A DNA stretch of 64,000 nt from Octopus vulgaris. Taxonomy: Eukaryota. Location of the stretch: NCBI GenBank assembly GCA_951406725.2, contig OX597814.1:32922001-32986000 (forward strand), read 5' to 3'. Each line of letters opens with the position of its first letter. The stretch's first letter is position 1. The notes beneath the pieces were generated by a model. It was not told where the DNA came from, did no database searches, and saw nothing but the letters and a program-made list of their open reading frames with translations. The position numbers were made by a program, and so were the translations under genes. Positions 1 through 11,978 of this stretch are shown one piece after another.

Positions 1-1510
1 CTACGTCCACCAAATAACCTATTTCGCCACAGCCATCAGACAAAGGAGGAAAACTGCCTTGCTAGCCTGATTAAAGGAGGGCAGCGAGGTAATCATCATT
101 ATGGACTCGGCTGACAGACGAATCTGTCCTATACGCGACAGCAGCCGTTCGACATAACTCCACAAGTCAGCAATGACCAGGCACTGAACGAGTGTATGCA
201 GAACGGATTCGTCGCTCTGCGTGCACCTTGGACAAGCCCGTCTGAAAGTACATCCGTACTCGTAAAGTTTATCTTGAACCGGTAGTGCCCCCCACCCCTG
301 GTAGCACTGTTAAGCCAAAGACATCTGGAAATTATCCGTAACAGTCCCCGACCGGAAAGATCTCCGGAATAGTCTTGCAAGTTCGTCTTCGTTGACGCCT
401 AGGGTCTCCCCGAGGATGTTGTCGCACTTCCCTGCACCTAATCCCCTGTAAATTTCTAAAGTGGAAAACCCACCGATCCTATTGCCCCACTTGTAGAGGA
501 CAGTGAGTGCCCACGGCCTATCCTATACCCAGGACTACAGATTCGTCATGGAGATGAGCTGCGGAAAGGCGTGTCTCACAAACGAAGCCCACACACGTTC
601 ACCTTCTAGAAATTGCTGCAGGTGGCGCAACCTGAGTGCATGTCGGCGTATTTAAAGTCATATCATGCCTAAGTCACCATGCAAAGGCGGTTAGCAGCTG
701 ACTGAACGCCTGACCATCGGAATGAGTCCCTTCCACAAGAAAATAAACAGGATACTCTCCAATCTAATCAAGCTGTACCTGGGACAAGGCACGACGGTCA
801 TACGATAAATAATAACAAAGGCGATGTAGGCATTCGCCACCTCTGCCCGAACTTTCAAGGACAACTTCCTCTCTGCCCATTTCTGGGTAACAGAGATCAC
901 CCTTTTCGTAACCTCTTCCTAATTCTTATTTACCTGGGGATCAGGACTAAACCAGACGCTGAACAGTTTAACTGGTCCGTCAGTCCAGCATCCAGCGACG
1001 CCGTCCGACGGTGTCGATCTGCCTTTCTGAGTGCCCAGTCGCAATTCCACTGACTTTTCGGCATTAATTTTAGCCCCTACAACCCACAAACCTTCTCTTC
1101 GTAGGCGTCCGACAACATGACAGTGACATCATCCGCGTATGCAGATTCAGCTCTCTCAAATCCAATTTTGAAAGGGAGGCTTCTTAACTGTTCCAACTTC
1201 CACAGCAGTGGCTCGAGAGCCAGCACATACAGAAGGGGTGACAGGGGACAGCCCTGACGGACCTAACGTGCGATACTAAACGGTTCCGATAGGTGGCAAT
1301 TTACCTTGACCACCGAGCAGGTGTAACTGTGCATTGCAGTAATACATCCTCTGAGAACGTGTCCCAAACCGACTGCTTTAAGGACGGCTTCCAAGTAGCG
1401 ATGTTCTACCCTACTGAAAGCTTTCGGCTGATCTAAATTGATCAGGGCCCCACGGAAGCCAGCTTTAGTTCTAGCCCTCTCTACGATGTATCGCATAAGG
1501 TGGAGTGCAA
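1..1510 (-). mobile_element. Degraded L1/Tx1-clade non-LTR retrotransposon, ORF2 reverse transcriptase and C-terminal region
   Basis: Minus-strand fragments read GALINLDQPKAFSRVEHRYL, VRQGCPLSPLLYVLALEPLL, AYADDVTV and WAERKLSLKVRAEVAN, which are typical L1/Tx1 RT motifs. Stops and frameshifts throughout. Confidence 0.85.
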
Positions 1511-2097
1511 TGACACGGAGAAAGAAGAGCTGAACGATCAATGGATCACAGTAACAAAAGGGGGAAGCGAAAGAGGAGGAGAGTACATAGCTTTACTCCA
1601 AGAAATCAACAAAAACTTATTCTGAAACCATAGCTGCAACACAATTCACACGACTCCAACAAAAACAACAAGAACAAGATCAACAATTTCAAAAACAGCA
1701 ACAGTATCAAAATCACAGAAAAAACAGAAACAACGAATTACAGAACTTCAAAAATATTCATCAGACCGTAGACGAAATGTATCCATCAATTTCACTGTTG
1801 TGAACAAGTGTAACAGTGATCTGATGGATTTTGTAAGTCAAAACAAACACAAATTAGAGACAGAGAGAAAGGAATTTGAGTATTTCATCCTCAAAACGCC
1901 ACAAGACAGTCTTTCAATTAAAACGTCATTAGACGTTTATAAAACTACAATAAAAAAAAATTCCCAGGTAGTGTGAGACTGCTACGTCGATTATTAGACA
2001 CTCGCTTGTCCTTCCTAAGTTTATTATATCCGGCTTTCGATGCTCTAACATTTTGTCTGTCTGGAAGTGAAAGTTCCAGAGAATTTTTGCCTTCCCC

Positions 2098-2125
<28 letters not shown>

Positions 2126-2128
<3 letters not shown>

Positions 2129-2290
2129 CTTAGCGGTATTTCGTCTGCCTCTATGTTCTGAGTTCAAATTCTGCCGAGGACGACTTTGCCTGTCATTCTT
2201 TCGGGGTCGATAAATTAAGTACACTGGGTTTGATGTAATCGATTAGTCCCCTCCCACCAAACTTCAGGCGTTGTGCCTTTCGTAGAAAGG

Positions 2291-2292
<2 letters not shown>
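2126..2292 (+). mobile_element. SINE family A copy (5'-truncated)
   Basis: B-box-like gagttcaaattc followed by the central motif gactttgcc...ctttcggggtcgataaattaagtac, shared with about 10 copies in the window. Ends in (TTA)n. Confidence 0.8.
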
Positions 2293-2338
<46 letters not shown>

Positions 2339-2897
2339 GAGTGAGAGAGTAGTTTATGCCATCAAAGTGACACTGGGGTAAAATATACGAAGCCCAATAT
2401 ACCCATCATGACTACCCGTCTGATAAGGGTACACCAGGCACATGCATCACAACCATATGTGCGCGACATGGTGATCTCATATCAAGATAAACAGCACATG
2501 ACCTTGCAGGTGGGGCCCAGTTAGAAATTTCTTCAGGTTGAGTAGCCCATCCCGCTCAAAAGGTCCCCGAATAAGGGTTGTTTAAGGATGTTGAAAGAAC
2601 CACCCATATTTCCAGAGGTGAATTATTCAAACCCCAAAGAATCCCTCTCAACACATGGCTATGATGCTCCCCCACTACTTCTGCTCGTGATCAGAGATGC
2701 ACATATCGTCAGCCACTAAGGGACATCCTCAACTGGTTATGGTCAAACAACTGACAAGCAAATCTGTGGTATTGAGCAGAATATTTGCTGTAGCCCATCT
2801 TTTATACCAAGACAAAATAAGGTACATGATAACACTTCCAATCAGTTAAGATCAGAAGCCATGAGAGCCACTGCCTGGTACTGCATCAGGTCATTTA
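2339..2897. repeat. About 560 bp non-coding element of unknown class embedded in a (TTA)n microsatellite
   Basis: Complex, GC-richer block with sharp edges, (TTA)n on both sides and no ORF. Confidence 0.5.
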
Positions 2898-2932
<35 letters not shown>

Positions 2933-2934
2933 GC

Positions 2935-3135
2935 CTGTTGACAAAATCGTTAGCCTGCTGGGTTATATGCTTGGTGGCATTTCGTTTGTCTTTACGTTCA
3001 GAGTTCAAATTTCGCCGAGGTCGAGTTTACCTTTCATCCTTTTTGGAATCGATAAAATAAGTACCAGTTGAACACTGCGGTCGATGTAATCGACTTGCCC
3101 CTCCTCCCAACACTCTTGTCCTCGGGCCAAAATTT
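2935..3135 (+). mobile_element. SINE family A copy (diverged)
   Basis: gagttcaaatttcgccgaggtcgagtttacctttcatcc...gataaaataagtaccagttg. Confidence 0.8.
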
Positions 3136-3149
3136 CAAAACTTTTATTA

Positions 3150-3515
3150 CCGTATTTTTTCATGCGAGTTTCTACTGCACCACCTGATGCACCTCCGTCA
3201 TCCTGGGATGTGTACGTCAGTATGTTCTTAACTTTGTGCTGATTGTGCACTGCATTAATTCATTTCTTTATGGGGATCAATCTATTGATTTTTAATATAT
3301 TATTGCTTTTTCAATTGTGCATGGTGTGTGTAACTTGAGTTGTGTTAATTTATTGTATATTAATCTTGTAGAATATATAGTACGCCAGTTGTTCATTTTT
3401 GTTCTGTTTTTTTTTTTTTATAATTAAGTGCTTATTTTATATGGCCTGTGTTGTTTGTGAAATTGGCTTTATTTGAGCTATTTTGTTGAATCTGTGGTCT
3501 TTTGAACAAGTAGTA
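3150..3515 (-). mobile_element. Highly degraded PLE (Naiad-like) GIY-YIG C-terminus and 3' end
   Basis: Minus strand reads WRTIYSTRLIYNKLTQ...PCTIEKAII...RNELMQ, matching the W-x-I...C..EK..I...R-x-EL pattern of the intact copy at 55303-56877. Confidence 0.45.
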
Positions 3516-5660
3516 AGCCGTTCCTAGCAATGCTATGTTTTGAATAGTGAGACCTGGAATGGTTTCTGTGATCTTTATGTTTTTTAATTATACCTAATGC
3601 CCCATTCACCATTGTAATTATTTTCACCCTCATACTCCCCATCTTAAATATTTCAATATTTCCAATATTGCCTTTTAATAGTTTTTCTACTTCATTTCGT
3701 ACAATATTTCGTCAGACAGTATTTTCCGGTTTATCAGTGTGCATACGAGGGGCATTCAATAAGTAATGCCCCTGGCCCACTTCCCATAGCAGTAGAGCAA
3801 CGAAACTTGGCACAGTTATTAGTCTTTTTTTACATAGAAACCACCCAGAGTTACGCATTTCTCCCATCGTTTGATGCAGCTCTGGAGACCGTTTTTGTAG
3901 AAGACCCCCAGCTTGGTCCTCCAACCACGACGTGACTTCAGAAATCAAGGCTGCATCATCTGGGAAACGCTTTCCTTTCAAAAACAACTTCATGGCTGGG
4001 AAGAGGTGAAAATCAGAGGGTGCAAGGTCAGGAGAGTAGGGAGGATGGGGGAGGAGTTCATAGCCGCACGCCCGTGCTTCTGATCTGGCGACAAGCGAGT
4101 TATGGACCGGAGCGTTGTCCTGCAGGAGGAGGCTGCTTTTGCTAATCTTGCCCCGCCTCTTGATTTTGATAGCTTCTCTTAATTTCCTCAAAATTGAAGC
4201 ACAATAGGCTCCTGTAATTATGGTACCCTTTGCCAGGAAATCTGTCATCACTACTCCGTCCTGGTCCTAGAAGACTGTGAGCATGACCTTACCAGCGGAG
4301 GGCTGCACCCTTGCCTTCTTTGGAGAAGGTGAATCACGGTGCTTCCACTGCATTGACTGGGCTTTGGTCTCTGGATCATCGTGATGGACCCAGGTTTCAT
4401 CCTGTGTAATCAGTCTTTTGAAAAATTTTGACTCATCTTCTTGGCACATCTCCAAATTCATCCTCGAGCACTCGACGCGTTCTTGTTTCTGGAAAGGTGT
4501 GAGCAGCCTGGGAATTCATCTGGCAAACACCTTTTGCATATGCAAATGGTCATGAATGATAGTTTCCACAGACCCGGTACTAATCTTGACCTCATGAGCT
4601 ATTTCGCGAATAGTTATGCGTCGATCTTCCAAAATGGCAGCCTCAACTTGACGAACAGATGCCTCATCAATGGAAGAAGCGGGGCGACCAGATCTGGGAG
4701 CTGTTTCCACAGAGTTCCGACCATGTTTGAATTCACAATGCCAGCGTTTTACAAGGTCATATGATGGGGCATCATCACCATAAGTTACTTTCATTTCATC
4801 AAAAGTCTCCCGGGGTGTGCGTCCTTTCAAATACAAAAACCTAATCACTGCTCGACACTCAACAGGCTCCATTTCACACTTGACTCAGTTCAAACACCTG
4901 TAAATCAGAAACCACAATTAGTTCAAAGATGTTATTTGCTACTTCATCTATAGAGATATAAATAATTGCACAGCTAGATCAAACAACTGCAAGTGGGTCA
5001 GGGGCATTACTTATTGAACGTCCCTCGTATGTTTGTGTTTTAGTCCTTTATAATTGCCTCGACGTTTTGCCTCGATCTCTTTGTCAGTTTATTGCGACCA
5101 ATTTAATGTATCATATACTGTGTTTAGTGCACTTCTTTTTCGATTTCACATCAAAGTGTCGACGTATTATTTAATAGATACCAACTCGACCATGTCTGTG
5201 CATGTATTGAGATTTGGAAAGGACTGAACAACCGGAGATAATTAAGTCAACTTTCTCATTGTACTGGTTCCACATTATACATTTGGTGTTAGGATCCATG
5301 TTCATTTTTTAAAAATCTTATAATTGCTTATAACCAGACATTGGTCTTGTGCACATGGAATCATTTCATTCGTTTATTTTTTTTTATTGGGCCATTGTTA
5401 ACTTTCAAAGTGGCTTCTATCGAGACCAGGTCATTGTCTGTACAGTGATTTTGCTCACCGTTTCTCTTTAGTATGTTTTGCAGTTTGTTTTGTTTCTAAC
5501 CATTTATGCTGTGTTGTTGTCTAAATTTATTGATACATTGCAGTCTTTTTCTGCTTTGCACGTTATCGTTTCCTTGTGTATAGGGAAATTTGTTTTGGTA
5601 CTTTCATGTGTCTTTAATACATCTATGAATCTTTTGTTATTTGTTTCTAACTATTTGACC
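3516..5660 (-). mobile_element. Degraded R4/Dong-like (restriction-like endonuclease) LINE C-terminus, split by a mariner
   Basis: Minus strand reads LIISGCSVLSKSQYMHRHGRV (zinc knuckle plus RH motif) and TDKEIEAKR, then after the mariner VNGALGII and a frameshifted IQK-IALLGTA. Confidence 0.7.
3746..5027 (-). mobile_element. Full-length mariner (DD34D) DNA transposon, 1282 bp, transposase disrupted
   Basis: TIRs cgaggggcattcaataagtaatgcccctg / caggggcattacttattgaacgtccctcg, with TA at 3744-3745 and 5028-5029. Transposase pieces (ATG 4872) contain ITQDETWV, LLQDNAPVH and HPPYSPDLAPSDFHLF, with stops and a frameshift. Confidence 0.97.
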
Positions 5661-5662
5661 AG

Positions 5663-5985
5663 TGAAGGTGCGTGGCTTAATGGTTAGGGTATTCGGCTCA
5701 TGATCGTAAGGGCGTGAGTTCAATTCCCGGCGATGCTTTATGTCGTTGAGCAAGACACTTTATTTCACGTTGCTCCAGACCACTCAGGTGACAAAAATGA
5801 ATAGTACTTGTATTTCAAAGGCTCAGCCTTGTCACATTCTGAGTCAGGCTGAATCTCCCGGAGAACTACGTTAAGGGTCCACGTGCCTGTGTAGTGCTCA
5901 GTCACTTGCACGTTAATTTCATGAGCAGAGTGTTCCGTTGATCAGATCGAATGGAATCTTCGATGTCGTAACCGATCGAGTGCCA
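5663..5985 (+). mobile_element. tRNA-derived SINE, family C variant
   Basis: A-box tggcttaatgg, B-box gagttcaattcc, CORE-like ttgagcaagacactt. The 3' tail (gaactacgttaagggt...gtcgtaaccga) is shared with 45344-45726. Confidence 0.8.
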
Positions 5986-6614
5986 TTTATTTGTCCAGTT
6001 CAGTTGTTAATTTACATAAGTTTTCTTCTTAAGTCAGGATCATACCTGCATTCTGTGCAGGAAAGGTACGAGAATTTTCGGTTGACACATCTAACCGATG
6101 TGAAAGTGAAACAGATTTTATATTTGGTTCACAATGTACCTGCCTCTTAATTTTGTTACGCAATCACCAATGGGGCAATGAATGAGTATATATGCGGGGT
6201 TTCAGCATGCTAGAAATAAGATCGAAACACCTCTCACGTCACAAGAAGAAGGCCTCGAAAAGACCAGGAACGAGTCGATTGTTACACTTGCGATACATTT
6301 CAGCTTAATCTGGACTAACCTAGGGCTAAAAAACAACAGTGGTCGCTGTTTCCAATAAATTATAGTCACTTGATGAACCTTCAAGTTGATAGATGGAATA
6401 GAAATAGAATAATGTTATTTTATTCGTCTATATATTATATAAATCGTTCTTTATTGATAAAGTGATCTATTCAGAAAGTGATATTTTGTACTCTAACGGC
6501 AGACTTAGAAATTCAATAAGGCTTCCGTGAGATATAAATGACGACACAGCCTGAAGCAGACTGTCGATAACTTTACACTTATTTATGTTTATAAGCCAAA
6601 ACAGGAAAAATGTT

Positions 6615-6631
6615 AAATAATAATAATAATG

Positions 6632-6662
<31 letters not shown>

Positions 6663-6757
6663 CAATAATAATAATGATGATTGATAATAATGATAATGAT
6701 AATAATAATAGTGATGATAATGATAATAATAATAACAACAACAACTATAATAATTAT
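6615..6757. repeat. (AAT)n/(GAT)n microsatellite
   Basis: Direct inspection. Confidence 0.9.
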
Positions 6758-6933
6758 AGGCAAATATAAATGTTTGTAAACTGTTTGGCTTTAAAATATT
6801 CGCGCTATGTAGTGGAGAGTTTGCGTGTGTGTGTGTATACATATATATATATATATATATTTAGAGAGAGAGAGAGAGACAGAGGGAGAGACAGAGAGAG
6901 ACAGACAAACAGATAGATAGATAGTAAAGGACA

Positions 6934-6964
<31 letters not shown>

Positions 6965-7469
6965 CGAATGTACTTTTGCGTGTTCATGTATGCATATATG
7001 TATACCTATGTATGTATATATACTCACGCACATATATGTATCTTCTTTATGTCTACACACACATACCCGCGCAGACACAAGCCCACATATATACATAATG
7101 CCCGTAAGTCGTCTAAAAAGGAAGGGTAGTGACAGTAATTAATATATGCCCTCTACACTGGGCAATAAGGACAACTGTAAGGTAAGTTAGTGCAGCTGAT
7201 TACAGCAGTTAATGTTTAAATATAAATGCTGCAGGTCACTTCATGAGGAGAGGAAATGTGGCCATGCAGAATTTTAGAGCTATATGTAGTCTTAAATAAA
7301 ATGGCTTTAAGTCATATATGTAGTACTTTGGGAAAGGGTGTATGACTAATATATTTTCGTACATTTTATATAAACTCGGTATGTATCTCTTGATGTTTGC
7401 TTCTTTAAATGTGAAGCTTGTGCTAATGGTTACTATGACAGAAAGGATGTATTATGTTACGCTTTCCTT

Positions 7470-7709
7470 TATTTCTTACTTATTTATTGCCCACAAGGGG
7501 CTAAATATAGAGGGGACAAACAAGGACAGACAAAGGGATTAAGTCGATTAAATCGACCCCAGTGCGTAACTGGTACTTAATTTATCGAACTCGAAAGGAC
7601 GAATGGCAAAGTTGACCTCGGCGGAATTTGAACTCAGAACATAGCGGCAGACGAAATACCACTAAGTATTTCGCCCGGTGTGCTAACGTTTCTGCCAGCT
7701 CGCCGCCTT
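7470..7709 (-). mobile_element. SINE family A, full length
   Basis: Reverse complement starts aaggcggcgagctggcagaaacgttagc, contains the B-box and central motif, and ends ...ccccttgtgggcaataaa. Confidence 0.9.
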
Positions 7710-7734
7710 GCTTTCCTTTATGTATGTAAATATA

Positions 7735-8085
7735 CGAGGATAAGTCAAGAATTATACGCACTCTTGACTCTGTAATCAAAAAGCAGGAGTTGAATTGTTA
7801 TATCAGTTCTTGATATACATTCCTTGCATTTCGATGGACTTCTTCCAGTGGTCTATGAGCTTGCTTATTCTTTGGGAGAAGTTTTACAGTTGGTCGTGCA
7901 GATATTCATGCACTGCTTGCTGTACTACTTCGTCCACAGCAAATCGCCGATGGCGTCGTAAAATATGTGATCAGTCCCAAGAGGTAATATTTGGAAGGGA
8001 CGAAATCTAGACTGTAAGTAGAGTGTCCAGCAACTCGAAAGCCAGGTTTTCAATGGCTTTCAAATATCTGGACGGCCATATGCGG
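7735..8085 (-). mobile_element. Degraded mariner 3' fragment
   Basis: ta-cgaggataagtcaagaatt TIR-like end. Minus strand reads YSLDFVPSKYYL and ISKLIDHWKKSIEMQGMYI (decayed YSPDLAPSDY and RW.K....G.Y). Confidence 0.65.
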
Positions 8086-8245
8086 ATCAAAAATTAAGAC
8101 AAAGAAAAAATGTTATTTTCGATATGCTAGTAAGTGATGAGTGTTGATGTGAATGCCTGATGTGGTACAGTAATTATGGGGAATGATTGGGAAAGACGCG
8201 AGGTCATTGGATTTAGAGGGTCAGAAATATCCAAACCAAATTACT

Positions 8246-8317
8246 TAGCAGAGCGTAGCTTCGATCTACGGATCTCTGGGTTATGGGCCCAGCACGCTCC
8301 CACTGCGCCACTCTGCT
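8246..8317 (-). tRNA. Initiator tRNA-Met (anticodon CAT), possibly a pseudogene copy
   Basis: AGCAGAGTGGCGCAGTGGGAGCGTGCTGGGCCCATAACCCAGAGATCCGTAGATCGAAGCTACGCTCTGCTA: 72 nt, A1:U72 pair, three G-C pairs at the base of the anticodon stem, and an ATCG T-loop diagnostic of eukaryotic initiator tRNAs. Confidence 0.92.
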
Positions 8318-8424
8318 TACAGGGGTCAGAAATATCGCTACCGAATCGAGCAGCAGATTCGTCGTCCCCAAATTTCTTTCAATATCTTCTAGTGTGTGGT
8401 GAGTTCTATATGTGAGAGAGAGAG

Positions 8425-8462
<38 letters not shown>

Positions 8463-9215
8463 TGGGACTTCGTGTTTGTATATTTATATATATATGTGTG
8501 TGAACCAGTAAATGCCTGGAAATTTCTTAATAAAATGCTCATTTCTTGTCTTGATATATGCGTCTGATATGTTCACACAAGTTTCGTAGTCAATAAAAAT
8601 AAAAGAATTACAAATACCGACAAAGAAACACAAATACAGTACCGATGCCAATGGAGTTTCTGGTAGGCATCAACCAAACGTGAACACTTTTAACTTACGT
8701 ATAAAATTTATCTGCATGAGTTCGAACGAAATATCACAACGCCCATTTATCATTTTGTAATGTCTTACAGTTTTAAGAAGAGGATGTACGCTGAAAGGTA
8801 AACCCAAACGATAGTAAACATGAAAAACAACTATAATCGCAATAATTACGACTACAAAAATAACTGAAAAAATATCAAAAACAACCTCTACATAAAAGGA
8901 AAAAAAACAAAAAGAGAAACAGGTTTCATTTTACAAGGAACATGTAAATGAATACCATCAGTGAAGCTATTACAAGCTCCATCACATAAACTAAAGGGAA
9001 CTTTGTTCATCTACATGTAAATAATGTTTTCACATTAATTCAATGTGATTTTAGCAGGTGAAATCGGTATATTTGTCGAAACATACGCCCGTAGATGCTT
9101 ACGCTTTCCCATTCATATTCTCAGTTAACAGTTAAGTAACACACACACAGACACATTCGTACATGCATTACATTACATGCATACATACATGCATACATTT
9201 ATCAAAATATGTGCA

Positions 9216-9249
<34 letters not shown>

Positions 9250-9428
9250 TATGAATGTGAATATGTGAATGTGTATGTGTGTTCTCACAAACATAACTAC
9301 AACTATATAATGGGCGTATAGCTATATGTATCCATATACAAATACAAACGCATACACTCATACACATACACTTACATATATATACTCGTACATTCAAATA
9401 TATACATACATACATACATATATATATA

Positions 9429-9549
<121 letters not shown>

Positions 9550-9615
9550 AAAGGCATTTTTTGATATGCTGGCCATTGATAAAATTTTTTCCCGAAAAAA
9601 ATGTTATCCTATATC

Positions 9616-9692
<77 letters not shown>

Positions 9693-10779
9693 AGTGTTTG
9701 TGCCTGTATGTATGTGCTTGTGTATGTATGTGTGTGTGGATTGCTACTTTACAGCACATGAAATAGTGTAAAGCAGTATTACATCAGACGGTACATACTC
9801 TCAAATGCAAGATAAATTAACATCTCATAAACAGTGCAAAAAATGTAAAATGAAAGCTGAGTAAAAAAAGTGGGGATTTGCGTGAAATGTAAAAGTGATG
9901 AAATAATAAAAATGAAAATAAGTTGATGAAGATTTTCTTTTAAATTAAAACAGAGTATCAATTGCGAATATGGCTGTGCGGTCAAGAAGTTCCCTACGCA
10001 AACACGTCGTTCTGAGTTTGATCCTACTGGGCGGCAACGAGGGAAACGTGTCTACAGCAATATCCTAGAATGGACCAGTTTCTGGCGAGAAGAATATATT
10101 TATACATGAAGACCTTGCATAAACTCATCTTATGTGCGCATGGGTATGTGCGTGTATATGTGTGTATGAGTATGTGTGTGTGTGGGGGGGGGGTGTTATA
10201 AAATTATATTTGTGTTTGCCCTTCTCTACTTAATTCATCTTCGTAATCATAAATCTCACACCTTGTCATTTGGGGTTTTGCTCAACCCTTATGTGTATTG
10301 TAATCATTATAGTTCAGCAATATAGCACGTATAAATTTTATTCTTTGCAACCTCTTTTTTTTCCTCTTTATAATCCGACAGACAACCTGTAGTCGAAAGT
10401 TACACACATGCTTCGAACAGGTATCGTTTCTTCTCTTGTTTCTTTTATCTTGTGTCATACTTTACATTGAAAAAGGGTTCGCCTGAAACTTCTTTTCCCT
10501 TTCCTTTTTCCAGCGTAGTATTCACTGTACATAACTTTTATTGTTAAAAATTTTTAATGTCTACATTCTGACCACCACCTTTCAAATTTTTGGCTACCGA
10601 TTACAACCTCCCAAATTATTCTGAACGCTTATATATATATATATATATACGTAAATGTCGAACGACGAGAATGTGTACACAACACTGCATCGGGGGATAA
10701 AGTCTGTTTATTTGTGTATTAAGGCTACCATTGGTTTCATGCTAAGAAAAATATCTTAATATTTTAGCAATACTCATTA

Positions 10780-10839
<60 letters not shown>

Positions 10840-11451
10840 CGTGAGAGGAGAGATGAAATATGTGTATGACCAAACAGACACACACAGCTGGGCGTGTATA
10901 TGTCCCTATATATATAATTGGTGGGAGAGAAATAAAGCAAAAATGAGATGGTTATGGAGATAGACGGATACATAAATAAATATATTTATCTAGAAGAGAA
11001 ATGAACAGACAGACAGGCAGACAGTTGGACAGGCGGATAGATATGCATTTATCCCTATGTGCAATTGAAAGTAAGATAATCTATATGGAGAGCCAGTAGG
11101 CACGGTAGATTCATTGTTATTCTCATTATTATATTTATGATAATGATAACGATGATGACATCGCTGCTGCTACTGCTGCTGGTGCCATTTCTACTGTTGA
11201 TGCTGTAAATAATTACTGTTATCTTTGCTGTTATCATTGTTATTATCATTATTATCTTCAGTAGTAGTAGTAGTAGTAGTAGTGGTAGTAGTAGTAGTAG
11301 TGGTAGTAGTAGTAGTATATTGCCTGAAAAGACCATTAATAACTCTTTTTGCTTGTCTTCCACACGAATTCCATTTAATAACCGCTAGCGGATAGTTCTG
11401 GTAATTTAGTTCTTTTCTCTTTTGTATTTGTGTGTGTGTATATGATATATA

Positions 11452-11497
<46 letters not shown>

Positions 11498-11810
11498 GTA
11501 TGTATACACATATAAATACACACAGATTTTTGTATAAATTTTCATTTAATATATATATATATATATATATATGTTTGTGCGTATTTCTTTTGTTTTATAA
11601 TTTAAAGTAGTCCGTCCGGGCTTTTTAACAATTAACTGGAAAACTATTATAGTAAGTATAAAGAATTAATCCAGTCGATAGCATTGAAACTGAAGTTGTA
11701 AACAAGAACACCACCGCCAACAACAAAAACAACACCTAACATTATTGCCACAAAGGCAGGAAGATGTCTTCAGCTGTTATTGTTACCGAGAACAATAACA
11801 ACTTATAGAA

Positions 11811-11876
<66 letters not shown>

Positions 11877-11924
11877 GTATGTATATATGTATATATATAT
11901 ATTTATGTATGCATATATGTGTAT

Positions 11925-11978
<54 letters not shown>

